From contig CM022670.1 in NCBI GenBank assembly GCA_012295275.1, forward strand, positions 558,001 through 622,000: a stretch of DNA of 64,000 nucleotides. The letters are read 5' to 3'. The notes under the pieces were generated by a model, which saw nothing but the letters and a program-made list of their open reading frames with translations, was not told the DNA's origin and did not search any database. Positions 29,791 to 44,300 of the stretch are shown here, piece after piece (position 1 is the stretch's first letter; every line of letters begins with the position of its first letter). A program made the translations under genes and the position numbers. This DNA is from Chrysomallon squamiferum. Its lineage: Eukaryota; Animalia; Mollusca.

Positions 29791-32700
29791 TTACACAGTG
29801 GGTTTGGGTGACTGTGGAAAGAGGACAGTTCTAGGGGTGTTTTCCACGACTGTGGGTGAGTAAACTGGTCTCCTGGATCTGAAAGATGGACTACCAGTGA
29901 CCAGAGGACTCAAACAAGACGTGTTTCTTGAGAGTCTCGCCTCAGAGCGAAGTCTTGAAGGACTCGGCCAGCTGGAATTAAAAATATATATTTTTTTTAA
30001 ATATACGTTTGTATGTGTGTGTGTGTGTGTGTTAAAAATACATCATTAAATTTGTTTAATAAAAATAAACTAACAAGACACCTTAGAATACTTTTACCTT
30101 AGTTAATTTTTTCAAAAAGCAACATTTAAAAAAAATAATTACTCTTTATACATCAACAAATCCTCTGCACAGCAAAACTGCCTTTCAACTTTCATCATTA
30201 ACTTTTTTTTTTTCAATCAACACAACTCTTCATAATTAACAAATCCTTGCAACATAAAAAATCTGATATTTATTTATCTTTTTTAATATCATTTATTTAC
30301 TTTACTTAATACATATTTTTTTATTATTGAAAGACTAACCTTTGTTTGTTGTCAGATGTTAACACTGTCATCCGTTGCATCCACCTGTGAGTGAGTGGAA
30401 ACCTCTGCACATCTACCACTGTGTTTCTAACAGCTCGGAAAACATCCAGGTCTGACTTCGAGTGCCTCAAACTGAAACAAACATTTCATACACATTTAAA
30501 CTCAAATTTCAAACAATTTTTATTTTAACTGACAGTAATTTAGTATTTTCCATTATTGTTAGATCAGTATTATTTTTATTATTATCAGTTACTGTTTTAA
30601 TACTTGATAGTAATAGAAGTATTGGTGAAGTATTAATTGGGACTGTACTAGTAATAGTAAAGGTAATAATAACATTGTTAGATACAAGTCAGTTTTGAAA
30701 AGTAGTTGTAATGGTGTCAGTAACAATGAAAGCAGTCCATAAATGGAAGAATTTGGACTTTATAAAAAAATTAAGCATTAATTTTTTGTTAACATCAAGT
30801 AAAAATAAATGATAAATTAACCCAATACTATTATAAATGAAGCTTAAAGTCAGAATTTTAAAGAGAATAAATTTGATATTCACAACAAAAATTTAAAGAA
30901 CATATATGTTTTACAAAATTCTTACCCTAGTATGTGAACATTGAAATTTGACTCATGATTATTTTTAACAAAAAGAGCCTGGACTGGTATTGTGTGTTGT
31001 CTTAGTGTGTACTTTTCTTCACAAGTAACATCCACATTCACCAACTGAGGTGACTCAACCTGAAGCAACCGGTCCAGTGTCTCCTTGTTCTGAAGGGAGA
31101 CAACTATGTCAGGGAAAACATTGTTGACTGAACTCTTCAAATCTTCATCTTTTGTCACCCAAACATCAACAACAATCTCACAGTGTTCTGAATCACAGAC
31201 CTGAACATTGTTATTTATGAGAACAATCACAGGTGCATTGTGGGACAGCATATCTTCTACTACTTCTTCTTCTTCAGAGAGTTTCAGATCTGAAAGACGT
31301 CGGAAAGCTTCGGCAGCATGGTGAGATTTGCCTAAGTTTAGAGTTATCTGCCCAAAAGGCATGGCTGAACAGAAGGAGGAATGTTGTGGTGTGAACATTA
31401 ACTTGTCTTCAAAGTCAGCACACAGGTTGCTGAGGTTTGTATTGAAAGACACTTCTGCTGGTTTTGGTGTTGAGAACACACTGGATTCATTTCTGTCTGA
31501 TTCTGTTACAAATGGGGCTGTTGCTTCACCTGAATTGGACAGTTTCAACTTGGACAAAGATGCCAAGATGATGTCTTCATCATTGTTACTGACTGACAGA
31601 TCAGAAGTTTCCCCCGAATTGGATACATCAGATTTAGTGGGTGACCTGTCACCCATGTCACATGTTTTGTGTTCTTGGCAACGATATGCCCAAGTGTTTG
31701 GAGTCAGAGTTACTTCCCTTTGCTGACTAATCACTTCTGCATTATTACATATTTTCTCTTTTTCTTTTGTGTTGGGATTTAGCATCACTTGTCTTTCCTG
31801 ATCAATCAAGTCACCACTATTAAATGGCTTAGAGTTATTGCCCTTTAATCCTGCTTCATCGGTTTGTTTTGATACTTCATCTGTATGAGAGTTTTCTGAT
31901 TTTCCTTCAGAAATATCCAATTTTGATGCCCTGATGTGTGATATCTTACATATTGACTCATTTTCAATGGGTTCTCCACCAGCAGAAACATCACAGTCAG
32001 ATTTAGAAGCAGGTGAGTAATCCTGTTCTGTGCTGGCATGATGCTGTCTGTATGTCCATCTGTCTGTTTTAGGTGTACTTGTCAGATTGTTAGGCAACTC
32101 AGAATCCCCCAACTGACAGAACTCCATCTTGTTCTTAACACTTCCACTGCACACAAGATCCACCTTTGTACCATCAGCATCTCCACATACATTACCCCTT
32201 TCATCACCATCATCATGGCCGTCTGTTGTATTTATTGACTCTCCACCAGACTTTTGCAAATGGATTCCACCAGAAGCCGAAAGTGAACTTGTCTGAATAA
32301 GATTCTTCTTTTGTTGTCCTAAGAAGCTGGAGCTAAGGTCAATAGGAGGACAGAATCCAGATGTCTGGACTATATCCTGTGGCTGGATGTTCTGCAGACA
32401 CTGGGTGAAGGTGAGAGCAGATTGCTGTTTTTTTAAATGTTTCTCTAACTCTGAGATACCAGATTCTGTAGCCAGGTCAACGAAGGCATCGAGAAACTCC
32501 CAGTACTCCAGCCACGGGATGTGCATCTCACGAGCCAGCTGTCTGAAATAGCAGAAACAAACAGTGAATCAGGCTGCTGGTTTAATAATGCTTAGAAGTT
32601 TCTGTCATAATTTGTTTCTCTGCAGTAAAAGCATTATCTAAAATTATCATTATTAAATCAGTAATAAGGTATGACAAATCCTTTGTAATTCTTAGACACA

Positions 32701-35700
32701 GCAATTTATTTTCATTCATGATATTATGTTTTATAGATTTCTGAACAATGTTATTTTACATATTTGATACAAAATATCATATTTCAAAAATGCCCACTAA
32801 TAATGAGAGAATATGCAAATTTTTACAAACTTCTTATATTAGTTCTTCATTAATTTGATTATTAGCAAAGACTGACATTATGAACAAACAACCAATCACT
32901 GATAAGAATGCAGTGTGGCTAATTGTTGAATACTAAACAGTTCTACAGCCTAATAAGTCATCCATGAAGGAATGTGAATTATGATAGCTGAGTAAGATTT
33001 TCTAAGTTGAAAATTTTCTGAAACACTAACTTCTCTATATATACTGAAATATTTTCTCACTGACATCATGCTACTTATATTTTCTCAAATAACATATGCA
33101 TGCAGGATGGGCTTCATGAGAGTTAAAACCCAAATTTTGTTATTGTTCCTGTCTCAAGTAACTCCAACCTTGCTTTTTTTAATCTACTGATAATTATTCC
33201 AAACAATTACCTTCCTATTCTCTCCAGTCCTTTGTCTCCATCTTCTCTCTTAATGCTTGCTATCATTTTTCTCTTGTTTATGGGTGAATGTGATAAAGGT
33301 GAACTCCACTGTTGATAAAACATCTTTGCCTACAAGTACAGAAAACTGCACATCAGTCAAAAAGTCAACAGGCAGACAGGACAGTCAAACATTCATAAAA
33401 ATAGACAAGTAGACTGGTAGAAAGACAGGAGTATGTATGCATATATAGACAGACAGACTGACATACAAGTCAGACAGATAGATATATGAAATCAGTCACA
33501 GGCAAAGAAAAGGTGATAAGACTGATATACAGATATATGTATACACATAGACAAAGAAAGATTGATAAATAAGTCACTCATTATATTGTAATTTATAACA
33601 CTGACATACTGTAAACTTTAGATAATGTTTATATTATTTATCATTAAGTAAAGTTTTTATTGTTTTAGTAAGTTAAAAATAACAACAACATTAACAGAAT
33701 TTGAAACCTTGGATGGCGACATGGGACCCGCCCGAGCACGCACAGCCAGCTGAGGATCTATTGGACTTTTCCCAAGATGCATACCAGGGCTGACAGTCTT
33801 GTCAGGTGACCATGGCTGACCAATCACAGGCGACGCTGTGTTGTCTTCTGCCCTCAACAATGGCACAAAGCACAGACCTACATAAAAACAAAAACTATTT
33901 CACCTTTTTTATGTATTAGTGGTCAAAACAAACAAATATTGTGTTAAGTTTAAGCTGCTTTGATTCTTAAGACAGAAACATATCTGCAGAATGAAATGTA
34001 TAAAAAATTTAATTTTTTAATTTTTGCACTTTCTAACATGAAATGAAAATTTCAGATCAAATTTTTTTTAACACAATTATACTATTATTACAATGAACAG
34101 TATTTTATTATTACTATTATTTTTGTTGAAATAAGATTTTACCTTGCAATAATTCTATTATTTTGTTCTTGACATTTTCTGAAGGTAACTGACAACGACT
34201 GCATGCCACCTACAATAAAAAAATAAAAACAAAAATATAAAAAAATCACACAGGTCATTAAGACTCTATCAATACATAATGATACATATATCAAAGTGTC
34301 CAATTCATGATATGACAGTATCTAGTTTATGGCATGGTCCTTATCAGAAAATATAACTGAATTTGTTTCAAGATACCATGTTCATGATTCAGTACAATCT
34401 GATTGGGTACCTCCTAATACAATATATGTATTGTATTTTGTTTATAATATGCTACTTTTATTTAGTTCATGATATATGATATCTTACATCACAGTAACAA
34501 TTAATTAATTATAATCTATTTATATATATTTTCTTAAATGTAAACCACAAACATGTGACAAACTATTAGTTATGTATTTATTATTGTTGTTATTATACCT
34601 AACATTATTATTATTAGATTTTTTTTAAGTTCTGTTTAAAACTAGCAATATAGTCATAAATTTTACTGATGCAGAAAATGCAAGAAACTTTATTAGAAAT
34701 ATTTCTTTTTGCAATAAAAAAAAAATGAAAAGATAAATTTCAACGTCACAGTAAAAAGAGAGATATTTCTAGTTATTTGACTCCATAATAAATAAAGAAA
34801 TAAATAAAAATAAAAATATAAAATAAAAATATAGAAATGTGAGAACAGAAAGAAAGAAACAGATTAATTTTAATATAACATTAAATCAAATAATAATAAC
34901 AGTTTTTCTTCAACATAACAAATAAATAATAATGAACTAATACAGAGATTATTAATTAACTCATAAGATGAATAATTACCTGTCAATAACTGACGGTGAG
35001 TAACTATGGCAACAACAGTAAAATGGCCACAGAGGTTTGTGCCCTTTGAATAATCCACAGTGAAGTATTCTAAGCAGTAGTTAAAAGCAGTACACTTCCC
35101 TCTCCAACAGGGCGAAACAGAAGCAGACACCACTTGGTGTTTGCATAATTAATTAATGTATTGGCCATGCTACATGAATATATATATATTATAGCAGTTA
35201 TATACCAGCAATCCATTAACATGTAACAGTGGCATGCAGCTGAGGTTTACACACTTGTATGTGTTATGTATAACAATGAGGGACACGGGGATTGATAAAC
35301 AATAAAACAACAAAGAGGAAAATGAGTTCTCAAGAGTAGTGGTGTCAATATGGATGCTTGTGGTGGGCAGGGTGGTGATGATGAGGGAAGGCGGATGAAT
35401 GGAAGCATGGAGATGATTCATGTTGACCCAGGTAAGGAACTCAGTAGTGATGTATCGACAGTGTGAAAGCAGTAGCTTGGTCAGTATTGATTAGAGCCGG
35501 AGTAACTTAGCTTGCATGTGGAGGTCATTTGTTAACATTCTTAAACACGGAAATAGTACAGATGTGGGCTGATTTACAGGATAACAGTTTGCAAACTGGC
35601 CAGTGTGGCAGGAAAATGACTGTTGCTTGTTTTCTGTATAAATATTTAATATTAAGTAATTAAAAGTTTACTGAGTCATGCTTAATATAAAAAAAATATT

Positions 35701-35863
35701 AATAAAAACAGTTTTTCACATAAATATTATTTGTGTAGTGATCGGTGAGAGAAAATAATGTACTTGATAATGTAAATTTGGTTTTATAGTGTTATGGGGA
35801 AGAACATTTGTTTCAGGTTATTTATTTTTTATTTGATTTTATTGGTATGTATAAATGAATGTA

Positions 35864-35924
<61 letters not shown>

Positions 35925-36564
35925 TGTGCTTGTTTATGAGGTACAGTCTTATTTATCTTTTCTGTCAGATATTTCACAGCTCAGTGGTATATCCACTTAT
36001 ATTCCCCTTGTTTGTCTAAACATCTTTTTCAATATGTATGAGAATTTTTTTATGTTTCTGTTTTATGTTATGTATTAAAAGTGTAATTTACTTTTTTACA
36101 TTTATCATTATTTCTTAATTGATTTTAAGTTATTTATTTATTTATTTGCTGTAAGTTAAAATTATCTTTATTAAAGTTTATTAAGATATTTATTCATTTA
36201 CATTTTTAAAACTTTCATGATATTTACACAAGATTTTATAGAGTTTTTTTGATGAAACCAATGAAAGAAAAATCATTATTTGTTTTTAAATCTCTACACA
36301 ACATCTCAGGTGACAAACAGTGGACAGCTGCCTCATACACAGTGAAAACTCACAGGTAATCAATGAAGAGTTGTCCTGTCACAGAGTGGTGTTAAGTTAC
36401 TGACCAGCAAATAAATTGAAACAAATATATATATATAAAAATACAATACAATAAAATAAAATGAATAGTAACTAACTAACTAAATAAATAAAGGTATTAT
36501 AGATCAAGCATAATAATAATAATAGTAATAATAATAGTGATGATAAAATAATAATAATAGTAGA

Positions 36565-36614
<50 letters not shown>

Positions 36615-38319
36615 ATTTTAAACAGACACTCATTCTGTTATCATCACTAATTATCCTGGTTTCATACTTTACTATCAGCAAACACTGGTTTATTGTTAGA
36701 ATAAAGCAACAACCTAAGAACAATTTGGCTTTACTTTTAATATCAAAACCGTTATCTGGAAGTATATGAAATGTGTTTAGCTTTTTGTTTCTCATACAAA
36801 AACACAATAAAGCCATATGATAGGTAAACATTTCATAAATCCAAGTCTACCTCTGTCTACATAGACACACACAACAGGATTTTTTGTTGTTGCTTTTTTG
36901 CAGTTCCATATTTTCCAACTGCTGCTAAATAAATAAATTTATGATAAATGAGTACAAGACATGAAGCTGAACTGTGTACTATCAAAATAAAATCCTGTTA
37001 TTCATTTGAAAGCTTGGACACATTACATAAACCACTGATGAAAAATAATAAATTTACTACAGTATTAATGTAACTGCCTCTTTTCTGTTCATCTCTGTTA
37101 ATTTTATTTCTCTGTGCTTGTAAATTCTCTGCATGTTGACAAATTGATGGGGAAAAGTATTGATTCCTGAAATACTGTGATTTAATGAAGAAACATGTCT
37201 CATAATTTGCAAGTCTATTTAATGGACGTATGTTCTGTATTCCATAAACTGAACAATTTATATTTTCCTTGATAGTTTAAAGAAACAGGACACTAATGTA
37301 TGTTTCTTCTGTTTGACTTTCAGTCTCACATGTTTTATAGTGAACCCCCTTTATCTGCAATCCTTGATACCATTCACATCTGCACCTGCACCCCCCTCTC
37401 TTCTGCCAATGAATGCACCATAAACAAGATTTCCCCCCTGCTTTTAAGAATATAAAATTGTTACTGGGACTAATCCACAAAACTATCACTGGAACGACCT
37501 GTATCAGTCCTTAACGCCCCAGTGTTATATTACTGATAGAATGTGATGCCAATATTCCCTTTTCTAAAATATCAGCTTTTCATCACCAGCATCCTCTCTT
37601 GTTCTCTTTCTAGAGCTAGCTAAACCTCTCCTGTCTACAAGCCATACAAATAATTAGAAATAATTAGTTTCAATTCCATGCCACATTACAGTGCATGAAT
37701 GCTTAATCTACAATGATCCAGTGCTCTGCACCAAATGTCAGATTCCTATCTAACACTACAAAGGTTTTATAAACAAAATTCTTTATATTCAGAAATAGTA
37801 ACAATGATAATAAATAAATAAATAAATAAATAAAAATAATAGATAAATAAATACAAATTAAAAACATAATATAAATATGTCATACAATGATACAGTGTAC
37901 TGCCATTTAATTTCAGTATTAAATAATAAACATTTTCCTCCGTTTGTCTCTAATTTTAGTTTTTTGGTAATCTTCTTATCTCTCCATTTGTATGGTTATG
38001 ATATCTGTGTAATAAAGCTGTTAATGATATGTGCAAGATGTAAATACTGTATTTATTTGGCTAGTGATAAATTATATAACATACACACTGATCAGGTGTG
38101 TCAGTATTACACTTCACTTGAAGCAAAACAAACATAAAAAATAAAGTCAGATAAATGCACAACTTAGCCTACGATCTGGTTATTTATAGTGAATAAGATA
38201 AAACAAGTAAAAATTAACACACGTTTTATATATACATATAAAATGATATATACATTGAAAAAATGCTAAAATATATTTAGGTGAATTTTTGGATCATCAT
38301 AATGTACACATAAATATGT

Positions 38320-38369
<50 letters not shown>

Positions 38370-41300
38370 AAATAATATCTGTGGTTAGTTTAGAAAGAAG
38401 TTAGTAAATGAAAGGTGAACAATCACAACTCACTGTAGCACACAATGACATTTGTAAAGTAGGTTGTTACCTTGGTTGGCAATGATCTGCTTGAAGGAAT
38501 CACCATTTACATAATCTACCAAACTACTTTATGTGTATTTAACAAGGTTCTTGCACAAAACAGACGGGTAAGCTTGCACTCTCAGTTAAATATAGATAGG
38601 TATACCTACATTATTAGTATATATACATACTAAATCTGTTAATAATAATAACAGTATTTATAAATAGACATTATGTTATAGGCTTTCATGCAGTCCTTAT
38701 AATTTCCCAGTGTCACCTTTTATAATTAAGTAGACAGTTACTATATTTATAATACTAACAACACTTATATACATACTTGGATATAAAACACACATATATC
38801 TCATATATAAACACATTTGATATATGTGATTACAAAGTATTGATATACATAATATACATCAGATTACAAAGTACTGATACACTTGATATAGTTGATTATG
38901 AAATATTGATATATTTGATTACAAAGTATCGTTACACTTGATATATTTAATTACGAAGTATTCATATACTTGATATATTTGATTACAAAGTATTGATATG
39001 CTTAATATATTTGATTATGAAGTACTGATATGCTTAATATATTTGATTATGAAGTATTATTATACTTGATATATCTGATTAGAAGTATTGATATATGCTG
39101 ATACTGTATTATTATTTTAACAACAGCTGTTATTTTGTATTGATGTTTAATATATGTAATGCATTTCTGTTATGCTTCTTGACAAATATCGGTACTTTCA
39201 CTCAATTTAGTTATCATGTTTGTCAGTAATATTTACAAAAGAGTTGTTTACAATGTACCTAAAAGTGAATGTCTGTTTAATGAGTCAAAATGTCATAAAT
39301 GCTGAACATTTACTTTAACAATAAACACAACAATGTCTGTAATCTCAAAATGTCAGGCACAAGGAATTTGCTAACTAGAGAAGTCAGGCAAAGCCTAATA
39401 TTAGATTCAGAATACTCTGTATATAATACTAATAGTAATTAAAAATGAAAAACAAAAACAAAAAAGTTAAGAAAACAGAAAAAACATCTTCAAATATAAT
39501 ACTAAATAAAATAAGAAAACAATAGTAGCAGTATCATAAATTCTTATTTATAAGAAAAATCCTTAAATAAAAAAAATAAAAATAAAAATAATAATAAATA
39601 AATAAATAAAACATTTATATACATAAAATAATTTAAAAAATAAATAAATAAATAAATGCAAATGTATTAAGCTGAGGTTCAAATGTGAAGTGCTCTCTCA
39701 GACTATTTGTAATTCCAGTCATTGCTACATCAGTAATGCAGTGAATGTTCATTAAGAATTCCAGAATGTGTCACTATTTGACTATTTTATTAATTAAATG
39801 AAGCATTTGTTGTGAGTATTCCTATAATTAGATCAGTAAGAGTATTACGTATCAATCACCACTCCCCAGATTACTAATAACATTTTAGCCAAGAGTTTCT
39901 TATTAATACTGTTACAGTCAGGAATAACTTTTATAAAAACACTCCAGGGTTATATATATTACTTTCTGATCACCTGATAGATTACTCATCACTTTTCACA
40001 TCATCAATACATACATAAAAAGTAAATTTTTTTATTTTAAATGTTGACAAAAAATTAATTAGATACAATTAATTTCAGTGAAGGCATTGTGGTTAATAAT
40101 TTTTATTGTTTTTATGCTGTTACTACATACATTACAGCATACCATAATTACAATGTAATATATTTTTCTGACACTAGTAATATCTGATTTGGTTAATTTT
40201 AGTGTTTCACTAATCAGGTTAACATTCTATGTTTATTCAAAATGTGGACTATAAATACCACATTAATTTGATTTTTTTTTAAAAAGCATTCTTTTGATGT
40301 TAGAAAGATATAAATGTACTTTGCACACTTCCATCTTCAAGTTATTTTACATGTTTTCTCTTTCCCAATTATTATTTTTTATTAGTGATATTAAGTAACT
40401 CAAACCATATAAAATAGTAACTGAAAAACAAAAGTTTGGACAGAACCAACTATACACTTTTCAGTTATATAAGATCTAAATAATTCAATCTCTGTAAAAT
40501 AGACTGCAACAGCTGTTAATATTATAGTAATTACATTGGCTTAATCAGATGCATTTAATTAACTTTTATTTTTCATCAATTTATGGTAATATTTACTTCA
40601 AAATATTTTGAAACAGTAACAGACTTTGATTCATTTTTTTGTATTTTGTTTCTTTTTTTACATGTTATTTTAATTATATAAAATCATGATAGAGCTTTAT
40701 CATTATAAACGATGGCTTACAAAGGAAAACAGACTTCACACCATGTATTTGTAAAAAATAGTATAAAATTCCAAGTATACTCATAGCTTCATAAAAAGTA
40801 ATACGTAATATTCATAATCTGTTAAACTGTATATATCTGTACTTATCATATCAATATCATAATGGACTGATACAAAATATGAAAATAATAACTAACAACA
40901 AAACCCTTGCATGACAATGTTCATGTTTCATGAAATCTTTCATTACCTTTTTGTTAAATTATTACTTATTTATATCAATTTGCTGGAGATATTATTAATA
41001 AAATTATCTTAAAATTACATATTTGCAATAATTTTTCAAAACTTCCTGTGTGCTTCAGGCACTTTGTTACTGCAGTGTCACAAAAACAGGAGGATGAAAA
41101 ACAATAACATGCTGAAACCTTTCCCTCTCGTGAACAAGCACCTGGCATTCAAAACTGACTAGTAATTGAATTTCATTTCTCCTGAGTGCTGATAGAAAAT
41201 CAAATCTATTCAAATATCTGCAGACTGTCATACAATAGCTTAGTGGCTTAGAAAACTAATTTCAGAAACAATGGGTAACGTAATGGCCTGGTAAATACAA

Positions 41301-44300
41301 AAATATATTAGATGGTGATACACACATTTAGTGTTATAATATAAACAACATCAATACTGGCAGAATGTCCCAGTAGGCAGTGACCAAAACAGATGTGAGA
41401 AGAAATGTAGAAAAATTAATCTGTAATTACTATTTCAATGACCTCATCTGATCTGGTTATGTGATAATGGTTAGCGGTTAGTTCAGGCAATGTTTGTCCA
41501 AGATGGAAGTCAGATGTATTTCCTGTTCCAAACTGTGCATGTTCAGTGATTTTCTGTTGTTTTATATTTCCACTGTGCAGCTGCACAGAAAAGATTTTTT
41601 ATTTCTACTGTTTAGATAGCAAACATCAAGTTTTCTGTCCTTGATTTTTGTTTTTTAAATATTAAACAAAAAAAGAAAGAAAAAAAGAAGAAGAAAAAGC
41701 CAGAAACCCAACAACAGCTTTAAATTTTATGGTATTCCTACATTTTTGTTTATTTTGTAATTACTTGTGTGAATTAATAAATATCTTTTTCCAAATATTT
41801 TTCTGGCCACAGTTTTATTCAGAAACTAAACATTATTTATATATTAATATTTCATAATATTAAGTGTTGATCAGTTTTAATAATACTTGTAAAACATTAG
41901 CTATTATTTCATCAAAATGATTGTGTCATTCTTCTATCCCTCTCAATAAAAACATTTACCAAAAAGCCTCTTTTCAAACTAAACAGTCATTTCAGTTCTT
42001 TTCCACTGTTTTATTATTTCTGGCCACTGACATAAACAAAAAGATGTAAAATTCAAAAACTTAATACAGAATGTTTGTTAATATGATACTGGGAAAGATA
42101 TCCCATCTGTAGTTCTCATGTTGACATAAAAATGTCATTAACGAAATATTAAATCATTATATGAAATAAAGACAGAAAAGAGATTTCTACGTGTGTAGAT
42201 TTCCCATCTGATTTGGAGATATCCAGTGTGTGTTATAGTTATTTCTTATTTTTGTTGCTGTTATTTCTATATCTGTTTTATTATTTGACGTAAGTAATCC
42301 ATTAAATTAATACATTGATATTTTAGACATATACATATGTACATACATTACATTACATACATCATCAGAATTAGAAAAAGAGGAAAATGAAGGAAGGAAG
42401 AAAGGGAATAAATAAAGACTAAGAAAGGAGCAAGAGAAACAACTCTGAAATGAAAGGTTTAATTTATTTCTGTTTATCTTTTAACTGTAAGAAAATATTT
42501 CTGTACTTACATCGTGGGCTGTTTCTCCATATCTGTTCTTCATGTTTCTATCAGTGGCAGGGTATCCCACCAGAACCTCAACTACATCTGGGAAACCAAA
42601 CTTACTGGCAAAATGAAGAGGGGATTCCCCATTCTGAAACAATAACATATTTCATATTTTATAAATGAAAATCAATGACTGAACAGTATCATTCTTTAAA
42701 AAAAAACCCCACTCCTGAATGGGGTAGAGATCAAAGTGAGAAATTTACCAAATTCACAAAGTTGATTTAATTATTTAGTTTTCAATTTTTTTAAAACCGT
42801 GTACAAGAATTCCTGTTCATGTAACAAGTACCTACACTCCATATTCTGTTTTATACCAAAACTACACCAAATATTTCCTTTATTAGGACCTAGCCTAACT
42901 ATGGAATTTGGCAACATATATCAAGCATTATTCAGTGTGCTTTAATGTTAAATTTTCCTTCTTACCTTTCTGCTTTGTTTAAGGTTTTGATGACCATGTA
43001 AATTCTTGCATGTGTTAATTTAAAATAAAGAAAAGTGTAGAGCTCACCCCTCTGTCAGGCATATTGAGGTAGAGGTCGGCAAGAAACTGAACTCTTCGTG
43101 CCTGGGTTTCTTCACAGTCACTGGTTCCCTGGTAAAGTTGTTTTGAAAACTCAGGGTCTAAGATGGTTTCTAGAATCCGTCGACACATTTCTGGCCTGTT
43201 AGCTTTGGCTGCTGTGTGGAGGGCATTGTAACGTTGTCCTTCCTAGAATTAGAATTAGCAAATACTATCTTTAAATAAAGAGCATTCATTCTGAACCAGT
43301 AAATAAATGTTTAACAATAAAGCAAAACAATTTTGTATTAACCACTTTTAGCAATTATTCATGAGATTACTTGTTTTTTGTAATGACAGGCTAAGAAAGG
43401 AAACCAGAGTAACAACTTTCAACAGTTACTGTAACCAACTACCAACAACAGATTCTTTTTCTCCCCATTCACCATCATACACTCAGAAGGAAAACAACAA
43501 TCAGGACTTTGATATAATGTTAATCAATATTAGCTAGAAAACAACGCAACAAATTATTTAAGAAGGATATTTCTATGACATATAGCCTTTTGTGCAGTTT
43601 CTCGTGGAATTTTGTTTTTTTAACATTGTGGCTAAAATCTTACAATACTGGTATTCATATGCATTTTTAATAATAATAAAAAAGTCAGATCAAACTTGCT
43701 GCCAGGAGCATATGTCTCATTCTAATTATACTTACATGAAGAATGACTGGTGTGTCTCCACTGCTCACCAGATAGCGTGGATTACTCCACACTACTGATG
43801 TAAACTGATTTTCATCTCCACTCTCTATGATGTTACGCAGAGTAACCAGATCTCTCATTTTAGGTGCCTTATACAGGCTCTTTTCCACCACATTTACTTC
43901 TGTGCTGGTGGGTTCGTTTATCTGAAATACAAACATAACACAAAATATTTTAAAATAACATTATTTAACTATGATATCAAGTGTTATTTACATGTGATAT
44001 CAAGTGTTATTTACATGTGATATCAAGTGTTATTTACCTGTGATAACAAGTGTTATTTACCTGTGGTATCAAATGTTATTTACCTGTGGTATCAAGAGTT
44101 ATTTACCTGTCATATCAAATGTTATTTACCTGTGATATCAAGTGTTATTTACCTGTGTGATATCATGTATTATTTACCTGTGATATCAAGTGTTATTTAC
44201 CTATGGTATCAAGTGTTATATACCCATGATATCAAGTGCTATTTACCTGTGGTACCAAGTGTTATTTACCTATGGTATCAAGTGTTATTTACCTGTGATA

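Noticed and set aside
31328-31726. Plus-strand 132-aa ORF, and similarly 4761-5267, 700-975 and 16659-16916
   Set aside because: Antisense shadows of real exons on the opposite strand, with no recognisable motifs.
36310-36355. Possible 46-nt plus-strand exon (CAG|GTGAC...CACAG|GTAATC)
   Set aside because: The length is not a multiple of three and would break the VSP frame; the E-box and TGACA motif cluster suggests an enhancer instead.
38813-39095. CACTTGATAT shared with the 23-bp donor repeat on the opposite strand
   Set aside because: A short AT-rich match with a different period; probably coincidental. This array is also not near a confirmed splice site, so it is a counter-example to the junction-anchoring pattern.
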